From Nannocystaceae bacterium (GTDB lineage: Bacteria; Myxococcota_A; Polyangia; Nannocystales; Nannocystaceae), in contig JAGOHL010000017.1 in the NCBI GenBank assembly GCA_017996215.1, positions 1 to 60,117 of the forward strand: DNA of 60,117 nt. The letters are read 5' to 3'. Positions 17,470 through 26,755 of the stretch are shown here, piece after piece. The position numbers and the translations under genes were made by a program. The notes beneath the pieces were generated by a model. It was not told the origin of the DNA. It did not search any database and saw nothing but the letters and a program-made list of their open reading frames with translations. The first letter of the stretch is position 1. Each line of letters begins with the position of its first letter.

Positions 17470-18564
17470 ATGCTCGATGCGTCGTTGCGGATCGTTTGGA
17501 TCGCGCTGCTCGCTGGTGGGTGTGCAGGCGCCATCCCGCCGCGCGAGCGCACAGCCCCGCCACCGCGCGACGAAGCCGACACGGCGGCAACCATCGCACG
17601 CACGCACGCGCTGTTCGACGCCATCGATCGCGGAGACACGGGCGCGGTCGATCGGCAGCTGGCTCCCGGCTTCTTCGTGCTCGACCGCGGCCGCCGCTTC
17701 GATCGACCGCTGTTCCTGACGGGGGTCGACCGGCACGACCGAGCCCCCACGAGCCCGCGAAGCTGCAGCCAGGAGGAGGTCCACACCCATGGCTCGACGG
17801 CAGCCTACGTCGCCGAGTGCAGCGAACCCGGTGCGCACTCCGATGGCCTTCGAGCGAGCCATCGCTACACCCTGCACTGGTCGCGCGACAGCGGCACGTG
17901 GCAACTGCTGAGCCTCCAGCTCGAGCGCGGCGGGGTCGAGGACGCGCGCGAGCTTTGGAATGACATCTTCTCGCAGCGAGCTGGCTTCTCCACCGAGCCC
18001 AACGCGCTGCTCACGAGCACCATCGCTGGGCGCACTCCCGGTCGAGCGCTCGATGTGATGATGGGACAGGGCCGCAACGCGCTCCAGCTGGCGGCCGCGG
18101 GCTGGGACGTGACCGGGATCGACATCTCCGACGAAGCGCTCCGGCAAGCCACCGAGGCCGCGCAGGCGCGCGGCCTCGCACTGCAAACCGAGCTCGTCGA
18201 CACCTCCAGCTTCGACTTCGGCCACGCTCGATGGGACCTCGTCGCGCTGATCTACGCCGGCGTCGAGCCCGAGCTGTTGTCTCGCGTCGAGCAGGCAGTC
18301 GCACCCGGCGGCATCGTGGTGATCGAGTACTTCGCGAGCGAGTCCGTGGTCGGCGACAACCTCGGTGGCGCGACGCCAGGCCAGCTTGCGCGGGCGTTCC
18401 GCGGCTGGAGCATCATCCGCGACGAGCGCGCGGAGGACGTTGCGGACTGGGGTCTGGGTCGGACGCTCCTCGCGCGCTTCGTCGCCCAGAAGCCGTCGCC
18501 ACCGCCACCGAGTTCCGGCCTTGGCGCCCCCACCGACCGCACGCACGGGGTGCGGCAAGATTGA
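17470..18564 (+). CDS. Fusion lipoprotein: SnoaL-like/DUF4440 (NTF2-fold) domain + class I SAM-dependent methyltransferase (TehB-like)
   Basis: MLDASLRIVWIALLAGGCAG signal/lipobox. NTF2-like N-domain (ALFDAIDRGDTGAVDRQLAPGF...HRYTLHWSRDSGTWQLLSLQ). Methyltransferase motif I LDVMMGQGRNALQLAAAGWDVTGIDIS and later motifs. Confidence 0.82.
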   Translation: MLDASLRIVWIALLAGGCAGAIPPRERTAPPPRDEADTAATIARTHALFDAIDRGDTGAVDRQLAPGFFVLDRGRRFDRPLFLTGVDRHDRAPTSPRSCSQEEVHTHGSTAAYVAECSEPGAHSDGLRASHRYTLHWSRDSGTWQLLSLQLERGGVEDARELWNDIFSQRAGFSTEPNALLTSTIAGRTPGRALDVMMGQGRNALQLAAAGWDVTGIDISDEALRQATEAAQARGLALQTELVDTSSFDFGHARWDLVALIYAGVEPELLSRVEQAVAPGGIVVIEYFASESVVGDNLGGATPGQLARAFRGWSIIRDERAEDVADWGLGRTLLARFVAQKPSPPPPSSGLGAPTDRTHGVRQD

Positions 18565-18603
18565 TCGCGTCGGCGAACGCGCGGTCGTGGTAGCGATCGA
18601 AGC

Positions 18604-20007
18604 ATGCCGTTGCTCGCCCTGCTGCCGCTCCTGCTCGCCGCCGACCACGAGCTCTTCGGCAAGCCCGTCTTCCGGCCCGCACCGCCCGAGCAGCAGACCC
18701 TCGAGACGCGACGTGAGGGCTTCGAGCGCATGCTCGACGAGCGCGGCTGGGTGCAGATCGACGATCAGGTGCGCCCCGCCGCCGAGGACGGCAGCTTCGC
18801 GCAGCCGATCATGCCGCAGGCGGCGTGGAGCTCTCCGCCGCACCGCTCGACGATCTTCCTCAACTTCTTCGGCACCGAGAGCCTCAAGCCGGGCACGAAC
18901 TCCGACCTCGACGAGTCGTCGTGCCTGCAGGGCGAGATGCCGTGGCCCGGGTTCGGCGGGACCGAGCAGCAGGCGCTCGCGCTCATCGAGATCTTCGAGG
19001 TCAAGATGGCGCCGTACGGCGTGCGCATCGCCTATGACGAGCGTCCGCCATCGCATCTGCCATACGCGATGGTGATGATGGGCGGCTCCCCCAACATGCT
19101 GGGCCTCGGCAACGGTGTGCTGGGCGTGTCGTGCAGCTCGGACTGCGGCGACTTCTGGTGGCGTGACACCACCTTTGCGTTCACCGATGCCATCAACCCC
19201 AACAACGCCGATGTGCTCGGCACCACGGCACTGCACGAGGCTGCCCACGCATTCGGTCTCGCTCACATCGACGATGCCACGCGGATCATGAATCCATTCG
19301 TCGGTAGCGGTGACGTCGATTGGGCCACCACGTGCACGCCCTACAACGACGCCACCGGCGGCATCAATTGCCAGCCGACCCACGACGAGTTCTGCGGCGG
19401 TGGTGCGCAGAACTCGGACGCCGAGCTCCTGGCCTACTTCGGCGAGAACAGCCCCGACATCGAGCCTCCGGTGGTCGAGATCCTCTCCCCGGCCGATGGC
19501 ACCGAACTCGAGGTCGGTGGCAGCGTGATGGTCGAGGCCGAGATCACCGACGATCACGAGGGCGTGGGCTGGAAGCTCGTACTCCCCGAGGTGGGGCAGG
19601 AGTCGGTGGCGTATCAGTTCGAGAAGAGCTGGCCGCTCGGCAACCTCCCCGCCGGCGTGTACACGCTGCGCGTCGAGGCCATCGACCACGATCGCAACGA
19701 AGCCTTCGACGAGGTGACGATCTACGTCGGCGTGGATGCTCCAGCCGGGACCAGCGGCAGCGGTGGCGACTCGGAGGGCGGCGGCGTCGACTCGAGCGGG
19801 AGCGGCGGTGGTGAGGACGGCACCGGCTCGTCGGATGCAGGCGCGACCACCGACGTCGACGGCGGCAATCAGGATGCCAGTACCGTGGACAAGGAGGGCT
19901 GCGCGTGCGCTGCCACGACGCCCTCGCCGCGGACCCCCTCCGTGCTGCTGGCGGCGGGCTTGCTGATGCTGCGCCGCCGCCGACGCTCGTGCGTCGCGGC
20001 GCGGTAG
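18604..20007 (+). CDS. Secreted zinc metalloprotease (HExxHxxGxxH metzincin-type) with Gly/Ser-rich linker and MYXO-CTERM sorting domain
   Basis: ALHEAAHAFGLAHIDD (HExxHxxGxxH). C-terminal ...GCACAATTPSPRTPSVLLAAGLLMLRRRRRS is a canonical MYXO-CTERM (GCxC + hydrophobic + Arg cluster). Confidence 0.85.
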   Translation: MPLLALLPLLLAADHELFGKPVFRPAPPEQQTLETRREGFERMLDERGWVQIDDQVRPAAEDGSFAQPIMPQAAWSSPPHRSTIFLNFFGTESLKPGTNSDLDESSCLQGEMPWPGFGGTEQQALALIEIFEVKMAPYGVRIAYDERPPSHLPYAMVMMGGSPNMLGLGNGVLGVSCSSDCGDFWWRDTTFAFTDAINPNNADVLGTTALHEAAHAFGLAHIDDATRIMNPFVGSGDVDWATTCTPYNDATGGINCQPTHDEFCGGGAQNSDAELLAYFGENSPDIEPPVVEILSPADGTELEVGGSVMVEAEITDDHEGVGWKLVLPEVGQESVAYQFEKSWPLGNLPAGVYTLRVEAIDHDRNEAFDEVTIYVGVDAPAGTSGSGGDSEGGGVDSSGSGGGEDGTGSSDAGATTDVDGGNQDASTVDKEGCACAATTPSPRTPSVLLAAGLLMLRRRRRSCVAAR

Positions 20008-20139
20008 CAGCGTCCGCGCGATCGAGCGTTGCGGCACCTGAGGCGGCGACGCATGCGTCCTCTCGCAGCCGGCTGCGGTGAATCACCACGGTCGTTCGAC
20101 TCGCCCGCGCCATCAGAGGCTGCTAGACCGCCGTCGACC

Positions 20140-21327
20140 ATGCGACGCACGCGGACCTCCGAGGATGCACACGACCAGACTCCGAACGCCGCTGCGCGCG
20201 ATGCAGACCAGCCCCCCCGCGTCTCATCGCGGGTCCTCGCACGCATGGTCCCGATCGCGCTGGTGCTGTGCGCAGCGCTCGCGGGGGGCACGGCGATGTT
20301 CCTGCGACACTATCGTGCCGAGGCCAGCGATGCCGATCGATTCGCCTCGCTGCATGGCGACCACGCGCGTCTCGAGTCGCTGTGGTCACTCCCGCCGTTC
20401 CAGCTGCGAGACCAACACGATCGCCCGTTCGGCCTCGCGGCGCTCCGCGGCCGCCCGTTCATCGCCGATTTCATCTTCACGCAGTGCACCAGCGTGTGCC
20501 CCACGCTGACCTCGAACATGCTGCTCGTGCGAGATCGACTGCACGACCGCGATGTCCAGTTCGTTTCGTTCTCGGTCGACCCTGCCCATGACACACCGGC
20601 CGTGCTCTCCGACTACGCCGCACGCTGGGGTGCCGTCGGCGACGACTGGACGCTGCTATCGAGCTCGTCGGCGCAGCTGAGCGACGTGCTCGCCGGGTTC
20701 CGCGTCGCTGCGCGCCCCACCGACGATCCGAGCGAACCGATCGTGCACACCAACCTCTTCTTCCTGGTGGACGCCACCGGCACCGTGCGCGGCATCTACC
20801 ACAGTGACATGACGTCCGATCTCGACGCGCTGGTCGAGGACGCCCGCGTACTGGCGGCACCGCGGGTCGGCAGCGACCCGGCCCCGCGCACCATCGCGAG
20901 CCTCGGATGCACCGGCTGTCACGCCTCACCCGCCATCGCACCACCGCTGGGAGGGTCGCTCGGCGAAACACGAATGACCGATGACGGACGACGGGTCACG
21001 GTCGACGCGGCGTACCTGCGGCGAGCGCTGCTCGATCCGCGCGCGGACGTCGTAGCGGGGTATCCCGGCGTCATGCCGAGCTACGCCGGTGTCCTCAGCG
21101 ATGCGGAGGTCGACGAGATCCTCGACCAGCTGCGGTCCATGACCGACGCGGCTCCGCCAGCGACGCCAGCCGCCCTCGCGATCGATCCCGTGTGCGGCAT
21201 GAAGGTGCGCGTCACCCCGGACGCGCACCACGCTCGCCACGACGGCGAGGATGTCTACTTCTGCGCCGAGGCGTGCAAGGACGCGTTCCTCGCTGCGCCG
21301 GCGCAGTACGAACGACACCGGCAGTGA
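20140..21327 (+). CDS. SCO1/SenC-family copper chaperone fused to a c-type cytochrome (CxxCH) module and C-terminal YHS domain
   Basis: TM anchor MVPIALVLCAALAGG. SCO1 CxxxC motif FIFTQCTSVCPTLTSNM plus downstream conserved His. Heme-binding CTGCH. C-terminal DPVCGMKVRVTPDAHHARHDGEDVYFCAEACKDAF is a YHS domain. Start candidates at 20140 and 20245. Confidence 0.82.
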   Translation: MRRTRTSEDAHDQTPNAAARDADQPPRVSSRVLARMVPIALVLCAALAGGTAMFLRHYRAEASDADRFASLHGDHARLESLWSLPPFQLRDQHDRPFGLAALRGRPFIADFIFTQCTSVCPTLTSNMLLVRDRLHDRDVQFVSFSVDPAHDTPAVLSDYAARWGAVGDDWTLLSSSSAQLSDVLAGFRVAARPTDDPSEPIVHTNLFFLVDATGTVRGIYHSDMTSDLDALVEDARVLAAPRVGSDPAPRTIASLGCTGCHASPAIAPPLGGSLGETRMTDDGRRVTVDAAYLRRALLDPRADVVAGYPGVMPSYAGVLSDAEVDEILDQLRSMTDAAPPATPAALAIDPVCGMKVRVTPDAHHARHDGEDVYFCAEACKDAFLAAPAQYERHRQ

Positions 21328-21385
21328 CGTTGGCGGCCTGACGTTCCGCATCCGACGGGGTGCGGTGTCGCGGCGGGCCCGTCAG

Positions 21386-22195
21386 ATGCGCGGCCGACGG
21401 ATGCAATGGTTTGCACGGCCCATGGCGTTCACGCGAAAGTTCATCCTCGTCGTCGTCGCGCTGGCGGTGGTCGCCGCGACCTGGATCGTCACGATCTGGC
21501 CGCGCGCGCGCGAAACGGAGCCCGACGGTCCTGCGCCCGTCGTGCGGCAGGAGCCGCGGAGCGCAGGCATGCACGGCACGACCGACGCCCACCCGCGTGC
21601 GAAGTCGGCCGCGCCCATCAGCCCAGCCGAAGCCGAGGCGCGACGCGTCGCGCGTGCCCGCTGGGAGGAGCGACGGGCCCGCATCCTCGCCGCCCACGCG
21701 ACGCCGGCCGAGCGCGACGCAGCACCGGAGACACCGAAGTGTGTCGGCGAGGATTGCCCGCCCGATCCGGCCGACTTCGGCGGCGACGTCGTGTTCGCGT
21801 CGTTCGTCGGCGAGACCCAGACGCTCACACGTGGCTGCGAGGAGCTCATGGGTGAGAAGCCGCAGTCGGTGCGGATCAACGCGCGGCTCGTCGGCGCGCC
21901 CGGGGTCGGCACCATCGTCGACAATGTCACCGTCACCGGCCCCGGCGAATCCATGGACGAGCTCACCCAGTGCCTCCAGCAGGGCATGTACACCCTCGAG
22001 CTCGGCGACGCCGCGGCGAACTTCGAACGCGACGCGACGCTGGTGCTCGGCCTACTCGACGAGGTCGCCGGTCAGCAGTGGCTGTCGCCGGAGGAGCTCG
22101 CGGGGATCCGGCAGCAGATGATCGATGGCGGACTCGACCCGGCCGCCGATCCGATGGTCTCGGTCAACGCCGGCGAGCCCGCCGCCGAGCCGTGA
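21386..22195 (+). CDS. Hypothetical membrane-anchored protein
   Basis: MRGRRMQWFARPMAFTRKFILVVVALAVVAATWIVTIW gives an N-terminal TM anchor. No recognisable domain. The rest of the ORF upstream is junk-like. Confidence 0.5.
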   Translation: MRGRRMQWFARPMAFTRKFILVVVALAVVAATWIVTIWPRARETEPDGPAPVVRQEPRSAGMHGTTDAHPRAKSAAPISPAEAEARRVARARWEERRARILAAHATPAERDAAPETPKCVGEDCPPDPADFGGDVVFASFVGETQTLTRGCEELMGEKPQSVRINARLVGAPGVGTIVDNVTVTGPGESMDELTQCLQQGMYTLELGDAAANFERDATLVLGLLDEVAGQQWLSPEELAGIRQQMIDGGLDPAADPMVSVNAGEPAAEP

Positions 22196-22311
22196 GTGCC
22201 ACGCTCGGCGCTTGGCCTCGCCTTCGCAGCGCGGGCGCGCCGCGAAGGCCGGGTCCGCATCTGCACTGCCCCCTTCCCGCGATTGGCGAAGTGCACGTAT
22301 CCTCGATCTCG

Positions 22312-23250
22312 ATGGTAGGCAGGACGTGGATGGTAGGGGTGTGCCCACTGCTGGTGATCGCATGCGGTCCGGTGGTCCTGGCCGGCGACGACTCGACCAC
22401 CGGTGTGATCGAGACGACCAGCAACAGCGCCGGCCCGTCGACATCCTCCGATGCCCCGCCGACGACGACGATCGGCAGCACGTCGAGCGCAGACACCTCG
22501 GCGTCCGCGACCTCCGGCGTCGAACCCGACACCGGGCTCGACAGTGCCGACTTCCTCATCGAGTACGACGTCGCCCGGCCGATCGAGTGCGACCTGTGGA
22601 ACGATGATTGCCCGCGCGGCGAGAAGTGCATGCCGTGGGCGAACGATGGTGGCAACGCTTGGAACTCGACCCGTTGCTCCCCGGTGGACGAAAATCCCCA
22701 CGCGGTCGGCGAGCCCTGCACGGTCGAAGAATCGCCGGTCAGCGGGATCGACGACTGCGTGGCGAACGCGATGTGTTGGAACGTCGAGGCCGGGACGAAC
22801 ATGGGCACGTGCGTCGGCTTCTGCACCGGCTCGCGTGCGCAGCCGCTGTGCCCGGATGGCTCCTCCTGCTCGCTGACGGGCGACGGCGTGCTGATCCTCT
22901 GCATCCCCACCTGTAACCCCCTCGCAAGCGATTGCCCGGATGATCAGGGTTGCTACCCGTACGTCAACGGCGAGTTCGCATGCTTCCTCGACGAGTCCCA
23001 TTTCGAGGGTTGGCCGGGCGCAGCGTGCGAGTACATCAATGCGTGTCAACCAGGCTTGTTCTGCGCCGACGGCGAGCTCGTACCCGGCTGCGCCGACACG
23101 GGATGCTGCTCGCCCTACTGCGATCGGAGCGACGGCATGGCGGACGCGACGTGCGATGCAGCGCTGCCGGGCACCACGTGCACCGCGTGGTACAGCGAGG
23201 GCGAGGCCCCACCCGGCCTCGAGAACCTGGGCGTGTGCGTGCAGGGCTGA
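22312..23250 (+). CDS. Cys-rich secreted lipoprotein (hypothetical)
   Basis: MVGRTWMVGVCPLLVIACGP lipoprotein signal. Ser/Thr-rich linker followed by a ~200-aa domain with >30 Cys. Confidence 0.68.
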   Translation: MVGRTWMVGVCPLLVIACGPVVLAGDDSTTGVIETTSNSAGPSTSSDAPPTTTIGSTSSADTSASATSGVEPDTGLDSADFLIEYDVARPIECDLWNDDCPRGEKCMPWANDGGNAWNSTRCSPVDENPHAVGEPCTVEESPVSGIDDCVANAMCWNVEAGTNMGTCVGFCTGSRAQPLCPDGSSCSLTGDGVLILCIPTCNPLASDCPDDQGCYPYVNGEFACFLDESHFEGWPGAACEYINACQPGLFCADGELVPGCADTGCCSPYCDRSDGMADATCDAALPGTTCTAWYSEGEAPPGLENLGVCVQG

Positions 23251-23376
23251 CGAGCTCGGCGCACGATTCGGGTCAAGCCAGCAGGCACCCGCCGAGCCAG
23301 TCGCCGTCGAGGACGCACGTCGTCGTCGGGTCGTCGCACGAGGACTCGTCTGCACCCGAATTCGTTGGCGCCCAAG

Positions 23377-24306
23377 TCACTCCTCGAAGTCGTCCACGCG
23401 AAAGGCTTCGCGCGCGCGCACCTTCTCCGCCACCCCCGGCGACAGCTCCACCGCTCGCGAGTACACCCGCGAGTCGCTCATGCAGCTCGCCGACTCGTAG
23501 CTCAGCTCGGCGATCCCGACGCCGGTCGCGTCGTCGACGAACACGCCCACCACCGCAGGGTCGCTGCGATCCAGCGTCATCTCTGGTTCTTCGCCGCGCC
23601 AGCCCGGCATGCGCGTCGACTGCAGCACCTGTGCACCCCGCACCCGCACGATGAAGTGGCCGCCGTGGTACAGCGCCTCGGCGGCTCGCTGGCCGGGCTC
23701 CGGCAGCTCATCGACGGGCGGCAGCTCGGGGCCGCTGCCGCGGTACCAGTACGGCTGCAGCGGCAGCGCTTGCATCGGTCGCCAGCCGATCGCGAGCTCG
23801 GCGTTGATCGACGCAATCCGCTGGGCGATCTGCTCCCGCTCGTCCCGGCACGGCCGACCCCAGGCCCCCTCGGTCGCCTCGTAGATCGCTTCGCCGTCGA
23901 GCACGATCGAGCGCGAGAGCACCGACTCGTCGCGGCGTCGCAGCTCGATCGCCAGCTCACCGACGAAGTCGGCGTTGCCACCATCGTCGCGGTCGACGGC
24001 CGCGATCGCACCGCCATCCAACCGCACCGCCGGAAAACCCTCGGCGAAGACCTCGTGCTCGCAGTCGCCGCTGCCGGCGGTTCGCGGCTCCAGCCGCAGT
24101 CGCGGTGCATCATCGGACGGGCGGATCGAACCCAGGGCGTCGATCACGTTGCCGTCGTCGTCGGGGATCGCAGCGCGCCGGACGGCGAGCTCCGTCGCCC
24201 GCGGCGCGACCTCCGGCGGCTCGTAGTGCGCCTCGACGGGCGGCGCCATGCAAGCACTGGACGAACCCAACACGAGCAGCACAGAGATCCGCCTCGGCAT
24301 CGTCAT
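23377..24306 (-). CDS. Hypothetical secreted lipoprotein
   Basis: MTMPRRISVLLVLGSSSACMAPP signal/lipobox. No recognised domain. Confidence 0.6.
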   Translation of the reverse strand: MTMPRRISVLLVLGSSSACMAPPVEAHYEPPEVAPRATELAVRRAAIPDDDGNVIDALGSIRPSDDAPRLRLEPRTAGSGDCEHEVFAEGFPAVRLDGGAIAAVDRDDGGNADFVGELAIELRRRDESVLSRSIVLDGEAIYEATEGAWGRPCRDEREQIAQRIASINAELAIGWRPMQALPLQPYWYRGSGPELPPVDELPEPGQRAAEALYHGGHFIVRVRGAQVLQSTRMPGWRGEEPEMTLDRSDPAVVGVFVDDATGVGIAELSYESASCMSDSRVYSRAVELSPGVAEKVRAREAFRVDDFEE

Positions 24307-24390
24307 CACTCGATGTGCCCGACGCGCGACCTGGCCGCTCGGATTCCCAACCCGCGCCCGGCCCGCGCAGCGCCGCACCGGGCGCTGGAT

Positions 24391-26655
24391 TCACAGCGGC
24401 GCGCAGCCGTCGATGGCGCACGCGAGGCGCCGCCGCACCGACTTCGCCTGCACGGCCTCGTAGCTGTGATCGCCGGCCCGCGTGGTGCGGAAGCCGTCGA
24501 TCGACAGGGCGCTGCCCGCGAAGCTCCCGTCGGCCTTGCCCGGGTAGACGTAGAGCACCTGCGAGGGGTGCACGGTCACGAGATCCGCACGACCGTCGCC
24601 GGTGACGTCGAGCGGCGCCAGCACGTCGAAGCCCTCGCCGTCGAACAGCGAGGTCGGCATGGTGCCGGCGAAGCTCTCGACGCGGGTGCCGAACACACCG
24701 GTGGTGGTGCCGAGGTACACGTAGGCGGTGCCGTCGGTGTGCAATGTGACGAGGTCGGCCTTGCCGTCGCCGTCGACGTCGCCGAGGCCGATCGGCTCGA
24801 AGCCCTCGCCGTCGGGCAACGCGGGATTCATGGTGCCCGCGAACGATTCCACCGCGCTGCCGAAGGTGCCATCGGGCTTGCCGGGGAACACGTAGGCGCT
24901 GCCGCTGGTGTGCAGCGTGACGAGGTCGGCGCGGCCGTCACCGGTGACATCGGCGACATCGATCGGGAAGTGCCCTTCGCCGTCGAAGGTCGCGGAGTCG
25001 AAGGTGCCGGCGAACGAGCTGCTCGAGCCGCCGAACCGCGCGTCGGCGAGGCCAGGGTGCACGAACACGGAACCGCCGCGGGCGCTCACGAGATCGCCGC
25101 GGCCGTCGCCGTTCACGTCGGCGACGGCGATGGGCTCCCAGCTCGCCGCGTCGGTCAGGCTCACCGGGTACGTGCCGGCGAACGACGAGACGCCGCTCGC
25201 GAAGGTGCCACCTGGTCGGCCGGGATAGACGTACGCGCTGCCGTCGTCGTATGCGGTGACGAGGTCGGCGAGCAGGTCGCCATCGACGTCCGCGACGTCG
25301 ATCACCAGGTGACCGGGCCCGCCGAAGATCGCCGTCGGCATGGTGCCGCCGAAGCTGGGTGGCGCGGGCAGCAGCACGCCATCGGGCGCGCCGAGGAACG
25401 GATACGCCGTGCCGTCGACCAGCGTGACGACATCAGCGATCTGATCGCCGTTGATGTCGCCGCGGGTGGCCTTCGACGGTGAGCTGCCGGCGTGGCAGTT
25501 GCCGCTGGCCTGGCTGTACGAGTTGCTGCCGACGAAGAGGTTGCCGAAGAAGTAGCGCTGGATGATCGCGGTGCCGGCCCCCTGCGACTGTCCGAAGCAG
25601 TTGTCGTCGATGTACGCCCCGACCTTGGGCTTGCCACGGATGACGATGCCCTGCTCGGTGCCGAGGAAGGTGTTGTGGTGGATGTCGATCACGTCGCCGG
25701 CCCACGGCGAGCCGTCGCCGTCGGCCTCGTCTTGGCCGTGCATGTCGAGCGCGTGGCCGTTGCGCGTGGCGCCGATGTGATTGTGGCGAGCCTCGTACGA
25801 GATGCCGAGCCGGCCGGTGCCCGCGATCGAGTGGCGATTGGCGTTGTACTCGTTGTACTCGAAGATGCCGTCGGCCTCGTGTACGAGCACGGTGCCGTAG
25901 CCGAGGCCCGTGCGTCGGTTGTGGTGGATCGCGTCGTGGTCGACGCGCGCCCGCACGGCGTAGTCGAGCAGGATCGCGGCGTGCGACCAGCCCGAGAGCT
26001 CGCTGTGGTCGACGCGCAGGCCATCGGCATGCATCGCGCGCACGGCCCGACACAGTGGCTCGCCATAGGCCGACGCCCCGATGTCCTGGTCGGGGCCGAG
26101 CAGTCGCACGCCGGTGACGCGCACACCGTCACCCCCGGCGTCGAACAACGACGGCGTATCCTGGGTGTTGGTGCGAAGGATCGCTCCGCCTGCGCCGCCG
26201 TTGCCACCGCCGCCCGACAACGTGACCTGCGGCGGGATCACCAGACCACTCTTGCCGCTGAGATCGAGATCGGCACCGGCCTCGATCTCGATCACCGAGC
26301 CCGGGGTCGCGATCATCAGCGCGCTCTCGAGCTCGGCGACGGTGCCGACCGGGAGCACCACGACCTCCGACGGCGGTGGCTCGACCGGCGGCAGCCCGGC
26401 GTCGCCGGTCGACGCGTCACCACCGGAGCTGTCGGCCGCGGTGCCGACGTCGCTGCCCGAGCTGCCCTCGATGCCACCGCTGGTGCCGTCGGCGGCGGAA
26501 GATGCCTCGCCGGCGCCCGTGCTCAGACCATCGTCGGTGCTGCCGGACGACCCGTGCGCCGGCGCATCGGCGCACGCGACGAGGAGCGCGGTCGGAAGCA
26601 GGATGACGAGCGATCGCACGCGATCACGCTGGCACGCTCGCGACGCCGCCAACAA
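24391..26655 (-). CDS. Lipoprotein with right-handed parallel beta-helix (pectate-lyase-like) domain and C-terminal FG-GAP/VCBS-like repeats
   Basis: Signal LVILLPTALLVACADA. Beta-helix-like segment (NTFLGTEQGIVIRGKPKVGAYIDDNCF...). Six or more repeats of the type DV.GDGRADLVT.H.SG.AYV.PG...GTF. Confidence 0.78.
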   Translation of the reverse strand: MLAASRACQRDRVRSLVILLPTALLVACADAPAHGSSGSTDDGLSTGAGEASSAADGTSGGIEGSSGSDVGTAADSSGGDASTGDAGLPPVEPPPSEVVVLPVGTVAELESALMIATPGSVIEIEAGADLDLSGKSGLVIPPQVTLSGGGGNGGAGGAILRTNTQDTPSLFDAGGDGVRVTGVRLLGPDQDIGASAYGEPLCRAVRAMHADGLRVDHSELSGWSHAAILLDYAVRARVDHDAIHHNRRTGLGYGTVLVHEADGIFEYNEYNANRHSIAGTGRLGISYEARHNHIGATRNGHALDMHGQDEADGDGSPWAGDVIDIHHNTFLGTEQGIVIRGKPKVGAYIDDNCFGQSQGAGTAIIQRYFFGNLFVGSNSYSQASGNCHAGSSPSKATRGDINGDQIADVVTLVDGTAYPFLGAPDGVLLPAPPSFGGTMPTAIFGGPGHLVIDVADVDGDLLADLVTAYDDGSAYVYPGRPGGTFASGVSSFAGTYPVSLTDAASWEPIAVADVNGDGRGDLVSARGGSVFVHPGLADARFGGSSSSFAGTFDSATFDGEGHFPIDVADVTGDGRADLVTLHTSGSAYVFPGKPDGTFGSAVESFAGTMNPALPDGEGFEPIGLGDVDGDGKADLVTLHTDGTAYVYLGTTTGVFGTRVESFAGTMPTSLFDGEGFDVLAPLDVTGDGRADLVTVHPSQVLYVYPGKADGSFAGSALSIDGFRTTRAGDHSYEAVQAKSVRRRLACAIDGCAPL

Positions 26656-26755
26656 GCCCGCGGCCTACGCAGGAATGCCGAGCGCTCCGTCTTCGGGGCC
26701 GGCGTCGCGCGTCCACGCGCTCGGCGACCCGATGAACGGGTGAGCCCCGCCGCGC

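Noticed and set aside
17173-20037. Upstream ~950 aa of the 1283-aa minus-strand ORF 16186-20037
   Set aside because: Antisense to the SnoaL–methyltransferase and metalloprotease genes. Only the last 328 aa (DJ-1/PfpI–YHS, with its own signal peptide start) are credible.
22072-23355. 427-aa minus-strand ORF
   Set aside because: Antisense to the Cys-rich lipoprotein gene, with no motifs.
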